The notes under the pieces were generated by a model, which was given only the letters and a program-made list of their open reading frames with translations, did no database searches and was not told the DNA's origin. A stretch of DNA of 63,087 nucleotides, the filler included, from Reticulomyxa filosa (Eukaryota; Protista; Foraminifera), in assembly GCA_000512085.1 (NCBI GenBank). It is 18 parts of 18 records of this genome, joined end to end, with 100 filler letters (N's around TTAATTAATTAA, not from the genome) between each part and the next. Parts side by side here need not be neighbours in the genome. Positions count along the whole stretch, not along the records: positions 13,674 to 16,706 come from ASPP01020729.1; positions 16,807 to 19,131 come from ASPP01027184.1; positions 19,232 to 23,469 come from ASPP01013238.1; positions 23,570 to 25,624 come from ASPP01040408.1; 14 more parts are not named here. One strand, written 5' to 3'. Each line of letters starts with the position of its first letter. The first letter of the stretch is position 1. The position numbers were made by a program, and so were the translations under genes. Of this stretch, positions 13,674-25,724 are shown piece by piece.

Positions 13674-13800
13674 ATATATACATATATATGTATATATATG
13701 TATATATATATGTATATACATATGTATATATATATGTATATACATATGTATATATATGTATACATATATACATATATATACATATATATATGTATGTGTG
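13674..13800. repeat. Intronic (TA/CA/TG)n microsatellite; similar tracts at about 17870-17920, 20410-20460, 23150-23215 and 59280-59360
   Basis: Imperfect TATATATG/TATACA tracts are directly visible, and each lies inside an apparent intron. Confidence 0.9.
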
Positions 13801-13808
13801 TGCATTAG

Positions 13809-14492
13809 TGGCGAGTGGGGCATGTGGAGGCCTCTGTGGATGTGTGGGAAAGACTTGCACCATGCCCGAGTTGGATTAGTAGGCATGGGGAGAATTGGGA
13901 TTGCAGTAGCGAAGCGATTGAGTGGCTTTGGTTGCGACATTATGTACTGCAACAAATCGCAGCAGCCCAACTCAACGGCCACACAATTGGGTGCCAAGCT
14001 CACCACTTTCCAAGCCATTTTGCAACAAGCCGATTTCATTGTCCCGTTGTGTCCGCTCACAAATGACACCAAATATTTGTTTTCCAAACGCGAGTTTGAA
14101 ATGGTCAAATAAAATTTTTTTTTTTTTTTTTTTTAAATAATTTTATATACACATATATAATCTCAGCTTTAAAAATTATTATTATTTTTTTTTTTTTTAT
14201 ACAGATGAAAAAAGACTCGATATTCATTAACGCCAGTCGAGGAGACGTGGTGGACCAGCCGGCACTGGTTGAGGCTTTGAAGGCGCAACGCATTGCTGCG
14301 GCTGGTTTGGATGTGACCACACCAGAGCCTTTGCCGTTGGATCATGATTTGTTGAAACTTCCCAATGTTACTCTTTTGCCCCATATTGGGTCCGCTTCTG
14401 TTCAGACTAGAACTGAAATGGCTATTGTCTCCGCAAAGAACATTGTCTTTGCGTTGCAAAACCAACCCAAGTCAGGCTTCTTTATTCAGTGA
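13809..14492 (+). CDS. GRHPR: Glyoxylate/hydroxypyruvate reductase (D-2-hydroxyacid dehydrogenase), 5'-partial
   Basis: Exon 13809-14103 contains WRPLWMCG..L....VGLVGMGRIG. Intron 14104-14204 is GT-AG. Exon 14205-14492 contains FINASRGDVVDQ, AAGLDVTTPEPLP and LPHIGSA. Confidence 0.93.
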
Positions 14493-14669
14493 TTTGCCAA
14501 AACAATTTGAGAAAAAAAAAAAAAAGGAAATATTATCAAATAAAATTGCCTCATTACATGTAGATTATTAATTTTTTTTTAAAAAAGGGTCTTCTGAACT
14601 TTACTGTTTAAAAAAATTTTTCATTTTGGGGAACTTTTTTTGCTCCCCTTTAAGAAAATTCGATTTTTT

Positions 14670-15311
14670 TTACTCATCGAGATTTGGCTCTTGAATATCA
14701 TGTCGGTCGTCGGTATAGTCTCGACGCCATCTTTTGTAAATACTGTCCAACGAACAATCGAAGGAAGGTTTGTTCAATTGTTGGTTGACTTTGTTGTGTA
14801 TGACGCACATGTAATACGCAAAGTCATTACGACTGTCCAGTTGTGGGGGGTATTGCTCCAACAGATACTGCAAGTCGGCCCCACATACTTTGCAAGGGTA
14901 CACTTTTGCCAAAACATGCAAAAATGTGTTCATATCTTGCTTTTCCTCGTCCGTGGGCTTTTCGGGATAGTACACACTTTGTGTGTGCAACAAAGTCCAC
15001 GTGTGACGACCCAGTTGCTGACGATCAGGTGCCATGGGCACAAACATATGAAAAGATGTTTTATTTTTAGTGTTACTACTACCATTATTATCATTCTTGC
15101 TATCATTATTGCTTGTGTCATTACTGCTGTTTTTACTTTTATCTTTGTTGCCTTTGTTCATTGTGTTCTCATACCAACCTCGATATGCATCGATCGCGTT
15201 GCCCGCGTCTTCGCAAATCGGACTGTGACAGTCCTCTTCTTTTCCTTTCTTCGGATCATTCACCTTTGGCAGGGTGGTTCCAATTGAACTAGACACTTTT
15301 GTTGGGTCCAT
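14670..15311 (-). CDS. ERV1: Erv1/ALR FAD-dependent sulfhydryl oxidase
   Basis: Contains LGRHTWTLLHT, YPCKVC (redox CxxC) and CVIHNKVNQQLNKPSFDC. Intact 213-aa ORF. Confidence 0.95.
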   Translation of the reverse strand: MDPTKVSSSIGTTLPKVNDPKKGKEEDCHSPICEDAGNAIDAYRGWYENTMNKGNKDKSKNSSNDTSNNDSKNDNNGSSNTKNKTSFHMFVPMAPDRQQLGRHTWTLLHTQSVYYPEKPTDEEKQDMNTFLHVLAKVYPCKVCGADLQYLLEQYPPQLDSRNDFAYYMCVIHNKVNQQLNKPSFDCSLDSIYKRWRRDYTDDRHDIQEPNLDE

Positions 15312-15849
15312 TTTCTTTGTGTCCTTTCAAGTTTTTGTTTGTGTCCCCTGGCGAGTCTGTCTCGCTGCAAACAATAACACAATCTTAATCTAGTGTCTGG
15401 GGGTTTACCTTTTGTACATCATTTGAGACTAGTGAAAGCGAAGAAAAGGGAGAGGTAAGCAGCGAGCGTAGAAGAGAGGGAATATTGTTAAACATGGCGT
15501 ATTATTTTTATTTTTTTTTAAGTAAAAAAATCAAGTCCCTTTTGCTCTCTGGAGCAACCTAATATATCTACGGTTTGGTTTTTCTTCCAAGTTGCAGTAT
15601 ACAAAAAAAAAAAAAAAACAAAATTCAAAACTTTTTTTTTTTTTGGAGGAAACAAAAAGGGGTCATTACAATTTCTATTTCGAAGTTGACAACGTTAGGA
15701 GAAGAAGAAAAAAACTGGAATATCGTAATTGGTGTCTTGGATAAGTTAGAGAACATTAAAGAACATACATTTGTAGTGGGTAGAAATCTAGTTGTGACTC
15801 AAAAATGGACTGGAGTAGTGGAGGTATCCCCGAAAAAAAGAAGTGTTTG

Positions 15850-16621
15850 ATGAGTATGCATCCGCATCAGTATCGAGTCTCCAAGCGACAAGAGGAGATG
15901 TTGGAGACATCAAGCGAGAAGGAAGGAGTGCATAGTGGGACAACGAGGAGATATAAGCTGTTGTTATTATGTTGTATAATGGCGTGTGTAAGCACCTCGT
16001 TTTTGTTGTATCACATAGTGTTTGAAAAAGAGCCAATGGAAATAAAGAGTGGGAGAAGTCCCTCCATTGTGCTTACGAGTTGGAGCGACGTAAATAAGGA
16101 CACGCTTGAAAGCAGAGTGAGTAAGATAGATGCAAATGCGAATAAGAATAAGAATATAAATATGAATATGAATTTGAATATGAATATGAGTATGAATATG
16201 AGTATGAGTATGAGTATGAATATGAACGAAGAACAAAAACAAGAGCCTACAATAGTGAAGCGAAATAAAACGATGAAGATGATATTAGTGTCACAAGAGC
16301 AAATGAAAGACCAAGAAGAGAAAACAAAGCAGTTGACACAGCAATTGAAAAAGAAAGAAGAAAAAGAAGAAGAAAGAAAGATAGATGATAGGAATGAAAA
16401 GAATACGACGGAAAAGCGATTGAATGAGACGAGCGCAAAAGGAAAGAAGAATGTGTTTATGATATACGAGGAAAGACAAAGAGATAGGGAAAAGCAGAGG
16501 ACAATTGGACACTCTACGATTGTCACCAAGTATTACTTTAAGCACTCTTTTAACCCTTGCATCACTATTTTGGTGGATACAACACATGGATTGTTGAGCG
16601 CACATAAAGAAATGCTATTAG
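15850..16621 (+). CDS. Type II membrane protein, first exon, 3'-partial
   Basis: A single N-terminal TM segment (LLLLCCIMACVSTSFLLYHIVF) is followed by an (NM/SM)n tract and a charged stem. The frame runs into an intron at the contig end. Start choice is uncertain. Confidence 0.6.
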
Positions 16622-16806
16622 GTTACTATATGTACATACCATATATATATATACACATTTTTTTTTTTTTTTTTAAAAAAATAAAAATGAACCATTTTAT
16701 TTATTTNNNNNNNNNNNNNNNNNNNNNNNNNNNNNNNNNNNNNNNNNNNNTTAATTAATTAANNNNNNNNNNNNNNNNNNNNNNNNNNNNNNNNNNNNNN
16801 NNNNNN

Positions 16807-18070
16807 GACGACGACGACGACAATAGTGGTTTCTGAGACGTAGAATGGTGGTTTCCAATCGCCGAAGGCCTTCGATGGCGACATCATTTTGGAGACAATA
16901 AATATCCCACAGCGTGATTTTGTGCTCTTCCGTGTTCAGCAGATCCTCGCTTTTGTTGGACACGGCATGCACGCCAGACCCCTCTGCCCCGGAGCACACC
17001 GATATGAATCTGTCGTTCAGCACTGACCCGCACCACGGCTGGTCATTTCGACCAGAGCACGTTATGTACCGTTTGTCCATTGGCGCTTTGCGATAGCTTT
17101 TCGTCACATTTTCCGTGTCCTCGTCCATTGGAGAGTTACACATCCATGGAAGAGGTTCTTTTTATTATTATCATTATTATTATTATTATTTCAAAATATT
17201 TTTATGATAAACATCAAAAAGGGGGGGGAGGAAACAAACAAAACAACAAACCAAACATTTATCACCGGTTATTTGAGCGATGGAAGTGTGTTGACTTTTG
17301 GAGCGATCAGTGATGACTTGTTTGTGGTCAAAGATCGAGTCGGGAGAGAAGCTTGCAGAGGTCCTTTGTGTGTCTGCGACGGTGTCATTTCGGTTGTGTC
17401 GAGTGACAGAGGAGTAAGCGTTGTCATGGACGGAGTGACCTGCAGATCCGTGCAAAGAGTGAGACGTGGAGTTATGATCGGTCGTCAATGAGGTGTCATA
17501 TACTTGGTGGTGATCATTGTCATTATTATTACCATTATTGTCATTGTTGTTGCTGTTGTTGTTGTTGTTATGGTTATGACCATGATCATAATCATGGCCA
17601 TGGTCGTGGATGGAAGACTTGAATATGCCGTCCAAGTTTTCAATGGTGGCACGGAAGTTTTTGATCGGTGTCGGGTATTGCGTCATTTGACCAAAGTGGA
17701 TTGGCACACGCAACAACTGACGCAATTTTTCTTCGATATTTGTGCCTTTGAACAGAGGCGAACACATGTTCACAAAGTCCTCTCTTCGCAACAGTCCACG
17801 AGACACCAAGTTCAACAAATTCAAAAACCTATCCAATTTTGTTCATTTTTTTTTGTTACAAACTGGGATATACATATATATACATATATGTATATATATG
17901 TGTATATATGTATATACACATGTAAATAATAACATGGTGTAATGATGCTGGCCTCCATTCGTCAAATGCTTTTTGATGCAAACCAACAAGTGAATGGGAA
18001 AGCCAAACTCATTTTCCATTTCTTTTAACATGTCCCACGCTGATTGCTCGATTGTTTTGTCCTCATCATT
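16807..18070 (-). CDS. SIN3: Sin3-like corepressor fragment (PAH3 + HDAC-interaction domain), multi-exon, partial
   Basis: TKSYRKAP....CSGRNDQPWCGSVLNDRFISVCSGAEGS matches the Sin3 HID motif (SYR.LP...C.GR...C..VLND.WVS.P..SED). LDRFLNLLNLVSRGLLRREDFVNMCSPLFK resembles a PAH domain. Further low-complexity exons probably extend to about 19070; splice sites are not fully resolved. Confidence 0.8.
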
Positions 18071-18111
18071 GTCTTTGTTTTTCTTTCTTTTTTCTTTTTT
18101 TTGTCACTATC

Positions 18112-18153
<42 letters not shown>

Positions 18154-19231
18154 GTTGTTATTGCTATTTCGATTTTTTAATTTGGATTTATCTTTGTCTT
18201 TGTTGTGTGTTGGCCATTACTTTTTGCCGTGTGTTTTTTTTTCAAGTTTGCTTTATGATGTCCCCTTTCATGATTTGAACGAGTGTGTCTCCCTTCATTT
18301 CTGCTGTCTCTATTGTCTCTGTTATCTTTATTATCTCTATTGCTAGTCCCACTTAGCGTTGTACCCTTTGTCGCATTGTTGATTTCCGTCCTCCTTTTGT
18401 TTCCATTGTTCGGCAACTTTTATTATGTTGTAATATATTTTCTATCGTACAGAGCTGCAAAAAAAAAAATAAAATAAAAAAATAAAAACAACAAACCAAC
18501 AATGGAATGTGTGACAAAGAACCATTGTCGTTGCTTCCCATGTCATGAGTCAGTTCAGTCATTTTCGCAGCTATCGAGTCCCCTGTCGACTCTTGTCCAT
18601 TTTTGTGCAGTCCATTTTCATCGTTGGGTCTAGTCGACTGTCAAGTTGTTCACAGTCAGAGAGCATTCTGTGTATGCCATCATTTATCAAACAAACAAAC
18701 AAACAAATAAATAAATAAACAAATGAATTGAAACTTTGAATCTTTTGAAAGGTGGCTTTGACTGTGAAGAGATATCATCATCCAAGGGTCGCTTGACCGC
18801 GGTCTTTCTTTTCCAAATGTCATTATGAAAGGACTCACTTGCCGTACTGTGTTGGTGTTGGGCGTTGACAGTGCTGGAATGTTGTTGCCATTGCTCATGT
18901 TCATGTTCATGTTCATATTCATGTTCATACTCATGTCAATCATCAATGAACAAGACGAATCGGAGGCGTCCAATCCGATCGATTGTGTCGACACGTTGCC
19001 ACTATTGCAACTGCTCGAACCCAAATACGTCGGTCGCACTTGTGTCGAGTCTATCGAATAACCGAAACAAGGATCAATACTTCGATAGCCACCTTTTTTT
19101 TTTTTTTTTTTTGTTTTAGGTTGTTTTTGTTNNNNNNNNNNNNNNNNNNNNNNNNNNNNNNNNNNNNNNNNNNNNTTAATTAATTAANNNNNNNNNNNNN
19201 NNNNNNNNNNNNNNNNNNNNNNNNNNNNNNN

Positions 19232-22200
19232 CCTGCCACATTAACCTGACTGGCAACATAAATATAATTGTCTCGTTTGTCACACCAAATGGCAGGGAAC
19301 AATCCATGATCAAAGTTCATTTCAGGCAATTCGGCCCAGGTATCAGTTTCAACGTCATAGACTTCGGCAATGGAGACTTCAGTGTCAACAGGAACTTTTT
19401 CTTCCATTTCATCCTCTTCACATATACCTCCAGCAACGACGACTTGGTTGCGACCAGTCCATTCGCACGCACTGCTACCAAAGCGGCGATATAGCATCGG
19501 ACTCACCAGCATCCATTCGTTTGCCTCGCTGTCATAAATCTCGCAGCTGTTGGTGTAATTGGAATCGCCCATGTCCCCACCTCCAACAAACAACTGTTGC
19601 TCATGCGAGCATAAGCACATGGCATGACCAAAGCGCGCATATTTCATTGACGGCAATGGCACCCACGTCCATTTACTGAACGAGTATGCCTCCACCACTG
19701 CAACCGCTTTGTTGTTGCCGATATGTCCTCCGCTTATGATGATGCGTCCTTCAAACAACATATATGTAATATGCATTTATATATATTACGTATGTACATA
19801 ATAAATATATTTTTAAAAATATTATAGAAACCTCTCAAAATGGAAGCCTGCACACTGTCTCTTGGAGATGACAATTCCTTGAGAGAGATCCACCAACCAC
19901 TGCTCATATCGAACAAGTCGACATTTGCCATGGGTTGTCCTCTCAAATTGCGTCCGCCAAAGCGAATGACGGACAGCTTGCCATGTCTCGTCATCGACGC
20001 CTCAACCAGGCGCTGTTTCAGCACGCCATCCGACACGACTATCGGTTCTTGTTTTGGACTGGTCATTTTCGACGCGGCCGTGCCGGCGCCGGTACTATTG
20101 CCTTGTCCTTCTTTCTGACCTTCAACAGCTGCGGCTGTAGACGTGGGATCAGACGGATTAGACAGTTGCGATCCCGAAGATGCTGCAGCATTGTCTTGGG
20201 GCATGGAACGAAGTGTCGGCTCGGGCAGTGCAGCGTGACGATGTTGCACATAGGCCATGAGCAAATTGCTGTGGGTTAGGTCCGTTGGGAGAGTCCAAGA
20301 CAAGCACGTGCTGACGTTGCGATTCCACGTGTCCACGAATTGTAATGAGTCGTTGTCTAAGATTAGCAAAATGCCACTTACGACATCCGCAGCTATTTCA
20401 TTTCGATTTATATACACATATACATATATATGTATATGTATATATGTATATGTATATATATTTTTTTAAAATGAAAAAAAAACAACATGAAGACAAAACG
20501 GTCGTGATTTAAGGCTTGAGGAGCGGGCAAGCGAGTCATATGCACCGCAAATGGCTCTGTGAACTTGGATTGACTGGTAATGATACTTGAGCGTCGAAGC
20601 TTTTCCTCTTCGCGGTCTTGCTTGTCCTCTGGTTTGTTGGGCGGTTTGTTGCTCGCTGGGGACGCGGCTCTGACGCGATCTTTGAGGGGAGACTTTAATC
20701 GACCTGGACTGGGCACAGCTTTCTTGATATCACGCAATGCATCGCTATTGGTTTTCCCTCCTTTTTTTTCATTGGTATTAGCATTAGCATTAGCACTAGT
20801 AGTGTTAGTGTTGATATTGGCATCGCTATTATTGTTATTGCTATTGTTATTGCTATTGCTATTGACATTGATATTGATATTAACATTGGCATTCGTGGCA
20901 GGATATTTGGAAGGAAATGAAAAGGCAGAATTTTGCGACTGAGCATCCTTTTGCAAGTTGGAAGACGACTGCTTTTGTGTCAACTCATTCATTTCAACCT
21001 CAAGACGATCACGAAAGCGTAAGCGCACGCAAATGTTAAAGTCCCTACTGATGTCACGTAAAGTGACTTTAGAGATGGTCTGTGTGACCTGAGCAATGAG
21101 TCGATCAATTGTATCATTGCCAAAGTCATCTTGCAATACATCTCTTTTCTCCAACTCGATATCACTTCCGTCATCGTCGTTGTCACTCTCATTGTAACTG
21201 TCGCTATCACTGCCACTCATGTTTCCGCTGACGCCAGTCGTGTCCGCCGACTGGTCTTCCTTTGTCACATTGGCATTTGTTGTGCCGACGCCAAAGTTCG
21301 TTTTGGTGGTTGGGGACTTGGGTGATTTAACCAATTCAAATTCATCTTCGACTGCGCGATTAGAATTGGGTTTTTGCTTAGACTTTGATTGTTGCTGTTG
21401 CTGTTGCTTTGGTTTTGATGCGAGCTTTTTTTTTGATTTTTGCTTATGCTTTTGTTTTTGTGACTGTTTTTGTGTCTGCTTTTTGCTTTTGCTTTTGTCT
21501 TTTTTTGCTAAGGAGTTGCACCGACTCCCACTGTCGAATTTCAGCGATTTTGCGCGTGAGTTTGGCCTCGACGTAATGATAATACAATTCCATGATCCAT
21601 TGCTTGTAGTACTCCTCGGTATTGAACGTCACTTCGATTTTGCGCAGTTTATTTTCATTGTTTTGTGACAGCTTCGAGCGGATAGCTTCCGACAACATTT
21701 CATAGCGCTGTCTTTGTGTCTCCTTTTCTTTGCTTTGCGACTCGTGCAACATTTGCACGAGATTCCGCCATCCCAATGACACCCATTGCAATTCCCATTT
21801 GTTGTTATCTTCCATCATTTTCTTTTCTTTCTCCAAGTCTCCGTCTTCTTCATTTTCATCATCATATCATTATCATTATCATTATCATTATCATTACCAT
21901 TCTGCTCTTCATTATTGTCATTATCTCCATGATCATGTTCTCTTTTTTTTTTTCGGAAGCAGACAAGGGCCCCTTTTTTTTACTTGCGACAGAGTCGGGA
22001 CCTTTGTTTTCCCACTCAAAGTTTTTGGCGTTGACAATAGCCATGGGTGAACTTTCGGGACTGGTGGCCCCCGGGGTGATGATGGTATCGATGCCAATAT
22101 TGCTCGACCCGTCTTCTGCGAACAGTTGTCGGGAGGCGCGAGTGCTGCCGCGAGATTTGGAAAGCAATGGCGTCGTGCTGCTATTTCTGTCTTTGCGATC

Positions 22201-23182
22201 GTCATTGCCGTAGTGAAAGGCCTCGCCAAAGATTAGACTGGCTCTCGAGCGAACCGGTGTTTGCGAAAACGAGTTTTGCGATTGCAGCTGCAGCGGCAAT
22301 GACTGTGGTTGCGTGAGCGGAGTGCCAACGACGAGACTGCTGTGAATGCCCATGCGAAATGAACTTTCGCGAGTCGTGGATGGAGTCATCGGCGCGGGGA
22401 TATCTTCCTTCGGCTCCAAGGCCATGTGAATCTCCACCTCTTTGAACTTGTGAGCAGTTATGACTTCATTGATCAATGATGAAGAAACTTGAGCATTTGC
22501 AACAGCACGTAAATGATTACCACTACTACTGCTGTTACTATTGTTAAGACTGATAAACTTTTCATATATTTCCCATGCCTCTTTGTCATGTTTTTCTGGG
22601 ATCTTTACATCTCCTTTGCTGCTGCACGCGTAAGAATATAACATCTCCAACATCTCTTTGTCATCCATGTCCAACTCGATTTGCAGCGTCGTGTAGGGGT
22701 GCTGCAATCCTTGATTTTCTTGCTCGCTCCCATCCTTCGACTTGTACGGCGACGGAGTAAACGCACTTGTGGTCAGCGATGACCGCTGCGACAAGCCGAT
22801 GGACTTGGCGTTCCACGAAAACATCAGTCTCGACATGGTTATGTCGAAAGGCAGCACGCTCTCGCTGTTGCCATAACCCGCGGACTTGGACATGCTGTTG
22901 TCTTCGTCCTCGAGTGTCAATCCTAGACTTAGCGCGGACGCCGAGGCCGATGCTGCCGACGCTGCGGCCACGGCGGCTGGCACAGGCGCAAGTTCTTCTC
23001 GCTTCGACGCGTACAAGGGATTGCGTCCGTGCAGCCAAAATGCAGTATTGAACAATCGCTTCAGCTGTTGATCCACTTCCGTGTCTATGTTCACGATGCT
23101 TCCGTATTCTTGTGCCATCTTCACTTTTCCACATGCACACATGCACACAAGTTACATACATATACCTATACATATATGTATA

Positions 23183-23218
<36 letters not shown>

Positions 23219-23440
23219 AACTTGATGCATTTTGGATCTTTGTTCCAATGGATACCATACGGTGTATCCCGGAACAGACAATTGCAATTGTGTTTGTTGG
23301 ATATTCTTGGTGAACACTCGAAGCATGGAGGGGTCGTCTCTCAGGTCGTAGTATCGTCGATGATGATGTGACGGATTTGACTTGTCCTCCGAATTGCTGT
23401 TCTCATTTGTGAGTTCTGGACTTTGTGCATTGATATCTTT
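19232..23440 (-). CDS. Large multi-exon protein with C-terminal Kelch repeats, partial
   Basis: Kelch units IIISGG..VEAYS..W..LPSMKYARFGH, LFVGGG..CEIYD..NEW..SPMLYRR and VVVAGG..EVYDVETDTW lie in 19232-19990. Long co-oriented ORFs lie upstream (20408-21334, 21444-21836, 21862-23148). Assignment to one gene is inferred. Confidence 0.7.
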
Positions 23441-24456
23441 TTTTTTTTTCAAATTTTTTTTTTTTTTTTNNNNNNNNNNNNNNNNNNNNNNNNNNNNNNN
23501 NNNNNNNNNNNNNTTAATTAATTAANNNNNNNNNNNNNNNNNNNNNNNNNNNNNNNNNNNNNNNNNNNNGTAAATCAGAAAAAGTCAACAGTAACATGAA
23601 ACATATTTAAGTTCAGAAGGAATCAAAAAAGAATAAAAAAATTGCGCTAATCAATTTTAAAAAAATGATTGAAATTCATCAAAAAATCATTTAGTATTTT
23701 GTAAAAAATGCTACATAAATATGTTTTTTAATATTCGAATTTAATATCAGATAATTTGTATGATGTAATTTCAATAAAATACGTTTTTCTTTCAACTTCA
23801 TCCACAACCTTTTTCCTTACAGTCTCCTTTTTAAATTTTTCAGACGATCCTACTCATTTATCTCGCAGAGTTGTTTGTGTATCTTTAGTGCATTTACCAC
23901 AATAACCAGTTTTACTTTGCATTTTTTTTCCTGTCTTTTTGCGCTTTTTTTTAAAAAAAAGGAAAAATTTTATGCATATGCTTTAAAACTCAATAAAACA
24001 GGGAAAATGAAATGTAATGGAGGCATGCAAGATAATAGCAATGACAATTATAATGACACAAATGAAAAAGACCGAAAATATGTTAGACAATTCAATTACG
24101 AAATGTATTAATTGGAAAACAAATTCAACTATTACAGTAGTTTGCAAAAAAATTGTACAAAAAAAAAAGATGGCTTTTTTAGTATTTGACTTATATATCT
24201 TTATTGAAAAGAGCTAAAGTAAAAAAAAATTTGTAGATACATAGAACAAATCACAGATTATCTTTTACATATGTTATAAATCTTATATCTTGCATTTATT
24301 TGAAAGGTTATATATTCAATTTTTTTAGCTGGCTTTTACAGAATGACTTTTTTTTTTTGTAACAAAATTTTTTATTAAATCATATCAAACTGTAATAAAA
24401 AATAATCAATTTAACAAATGTTACACTTGTGTTTAAAAGAAGATTTTGTGTGTAAT

Positions 24457-24771
24457 TTAGCACTTAGTGATATCGCCACTGGCTTTTATCAAACCATGAA
24501 TGCGCATAGCCATTGAAGCAATAAGCCTATCACACAAATAATGGTCAATCGAGTACTACTGCTTGCTAAACTCTTCAAAGAGCTACGCTTTGCTGGAAAA
24601 TAGTCTATTTTTGTAAGTACGGCACTTGGTAATCCATCAAATGTTCTAAATTGGATTCAGATCTTGTTTTTCCACTTTTTCCGTCCAAAAGCATTTGCAA
24701 AGCTATTCCCTTTGTAAACTAATCACATTGCTTCCATATAATGATTTTTACTTTCTTCTGTGTTTATTGTG
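24457..24771 (-). mobile_element. Tc1/mariner transposase C-terminal relic
   Basis: Translates as DLNPI*NI*WITKCRTYKN...YSIDHYLCDRLIASMAMRIHGLIKASGDITKC*, matching Tc1 SPDLNPIENLW...L..SM..R...VI.A.GG.TKY*. A related copy lies at 47287-47590. Confidence 0.82.
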
Positions 24772-25724
24772 AGTTAGATACTTTAATATTAGTCAGCATA
24801 ATTAAACTTTTTTGTTTGGTAAGATAGTTTTTTTAACATTGAATTTTTCAAACTACTGATGAAAAGAAGTATGCGAAACTTTTCAAATAAATGCAATAGA
24901 TAAGATAGTACAACATAGAGGAAAGATAGTCTGTGATTTGTTCTATGTATATACAAAATTATTTTTACTTTAGTTATTTTCAATAAAGATATACGCCAAA
25001 TACTAAAAAAACACACTTTTTTTATATAAGGTTTTTTTTTGCAAACTACTGTAGAAGAACATAATGTAGGGTAGTAATAATGATGAAGCTGTTAATGTGA
25101 TTGATACAAGTGTGGCAGATTACAAAGTGGTTTATTTGGAAGAGCACAAAGGATTTGTGACATAAACAAACATTGGTTGCAAACAACGTGATGGAATATT
25201 TTAAATAGAATTTTTTAAGTATTTTTGTAAATTCTTTTTTTTTACAGGTAAATATCAATATTACAACACTTCACTGACTAAAACAAAAATTGTATTTTTT
25301 TGATAGTCACTTCATTGATCTTGAAAGAAAAAAGTTTAATCTAAAAAATAAAGAATGGCTACTCGTAGAAATGAAAAAAAACTCAATAGTATTGGTATGT
25401 TTTATTTAAGTCTTTCAAAAAGCTAATTGTTTTTTTTAGGTTTTGTATGGCATGTATGATTGAATAGCAGTTAATTATTAAACATTAAATTAAGATGGAT
25501 CAATGATTTTGACAAAACATAATATAATTGACAACAAGTTTGTTCATAATATTTATAATAATAATTTAATACAGACAAGCACAGCCCTTATGCTTGACAC
25601 ATTTTGCTTATCATCTAAATTAATNNNNNNNNNNNNNNNNNNNNNNNNNNNNNNNNNNNNNNNNNNNNTTAATTAATTAANNNNNNNNNNNNNNNNNNNN
25701 NNNNNNNNNNNNNNNNNNNNNNNN

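Noticed and set aside
14640-22229. Long antisense ORFs (14640-15287 +, 16011-16529 -, 17504-17929 +, 20580-20942 +, 21716-22213 +)
   Set aside because: These are shadow frames of low-complexity coding sequence on the opposite strand, with no independent motifs.
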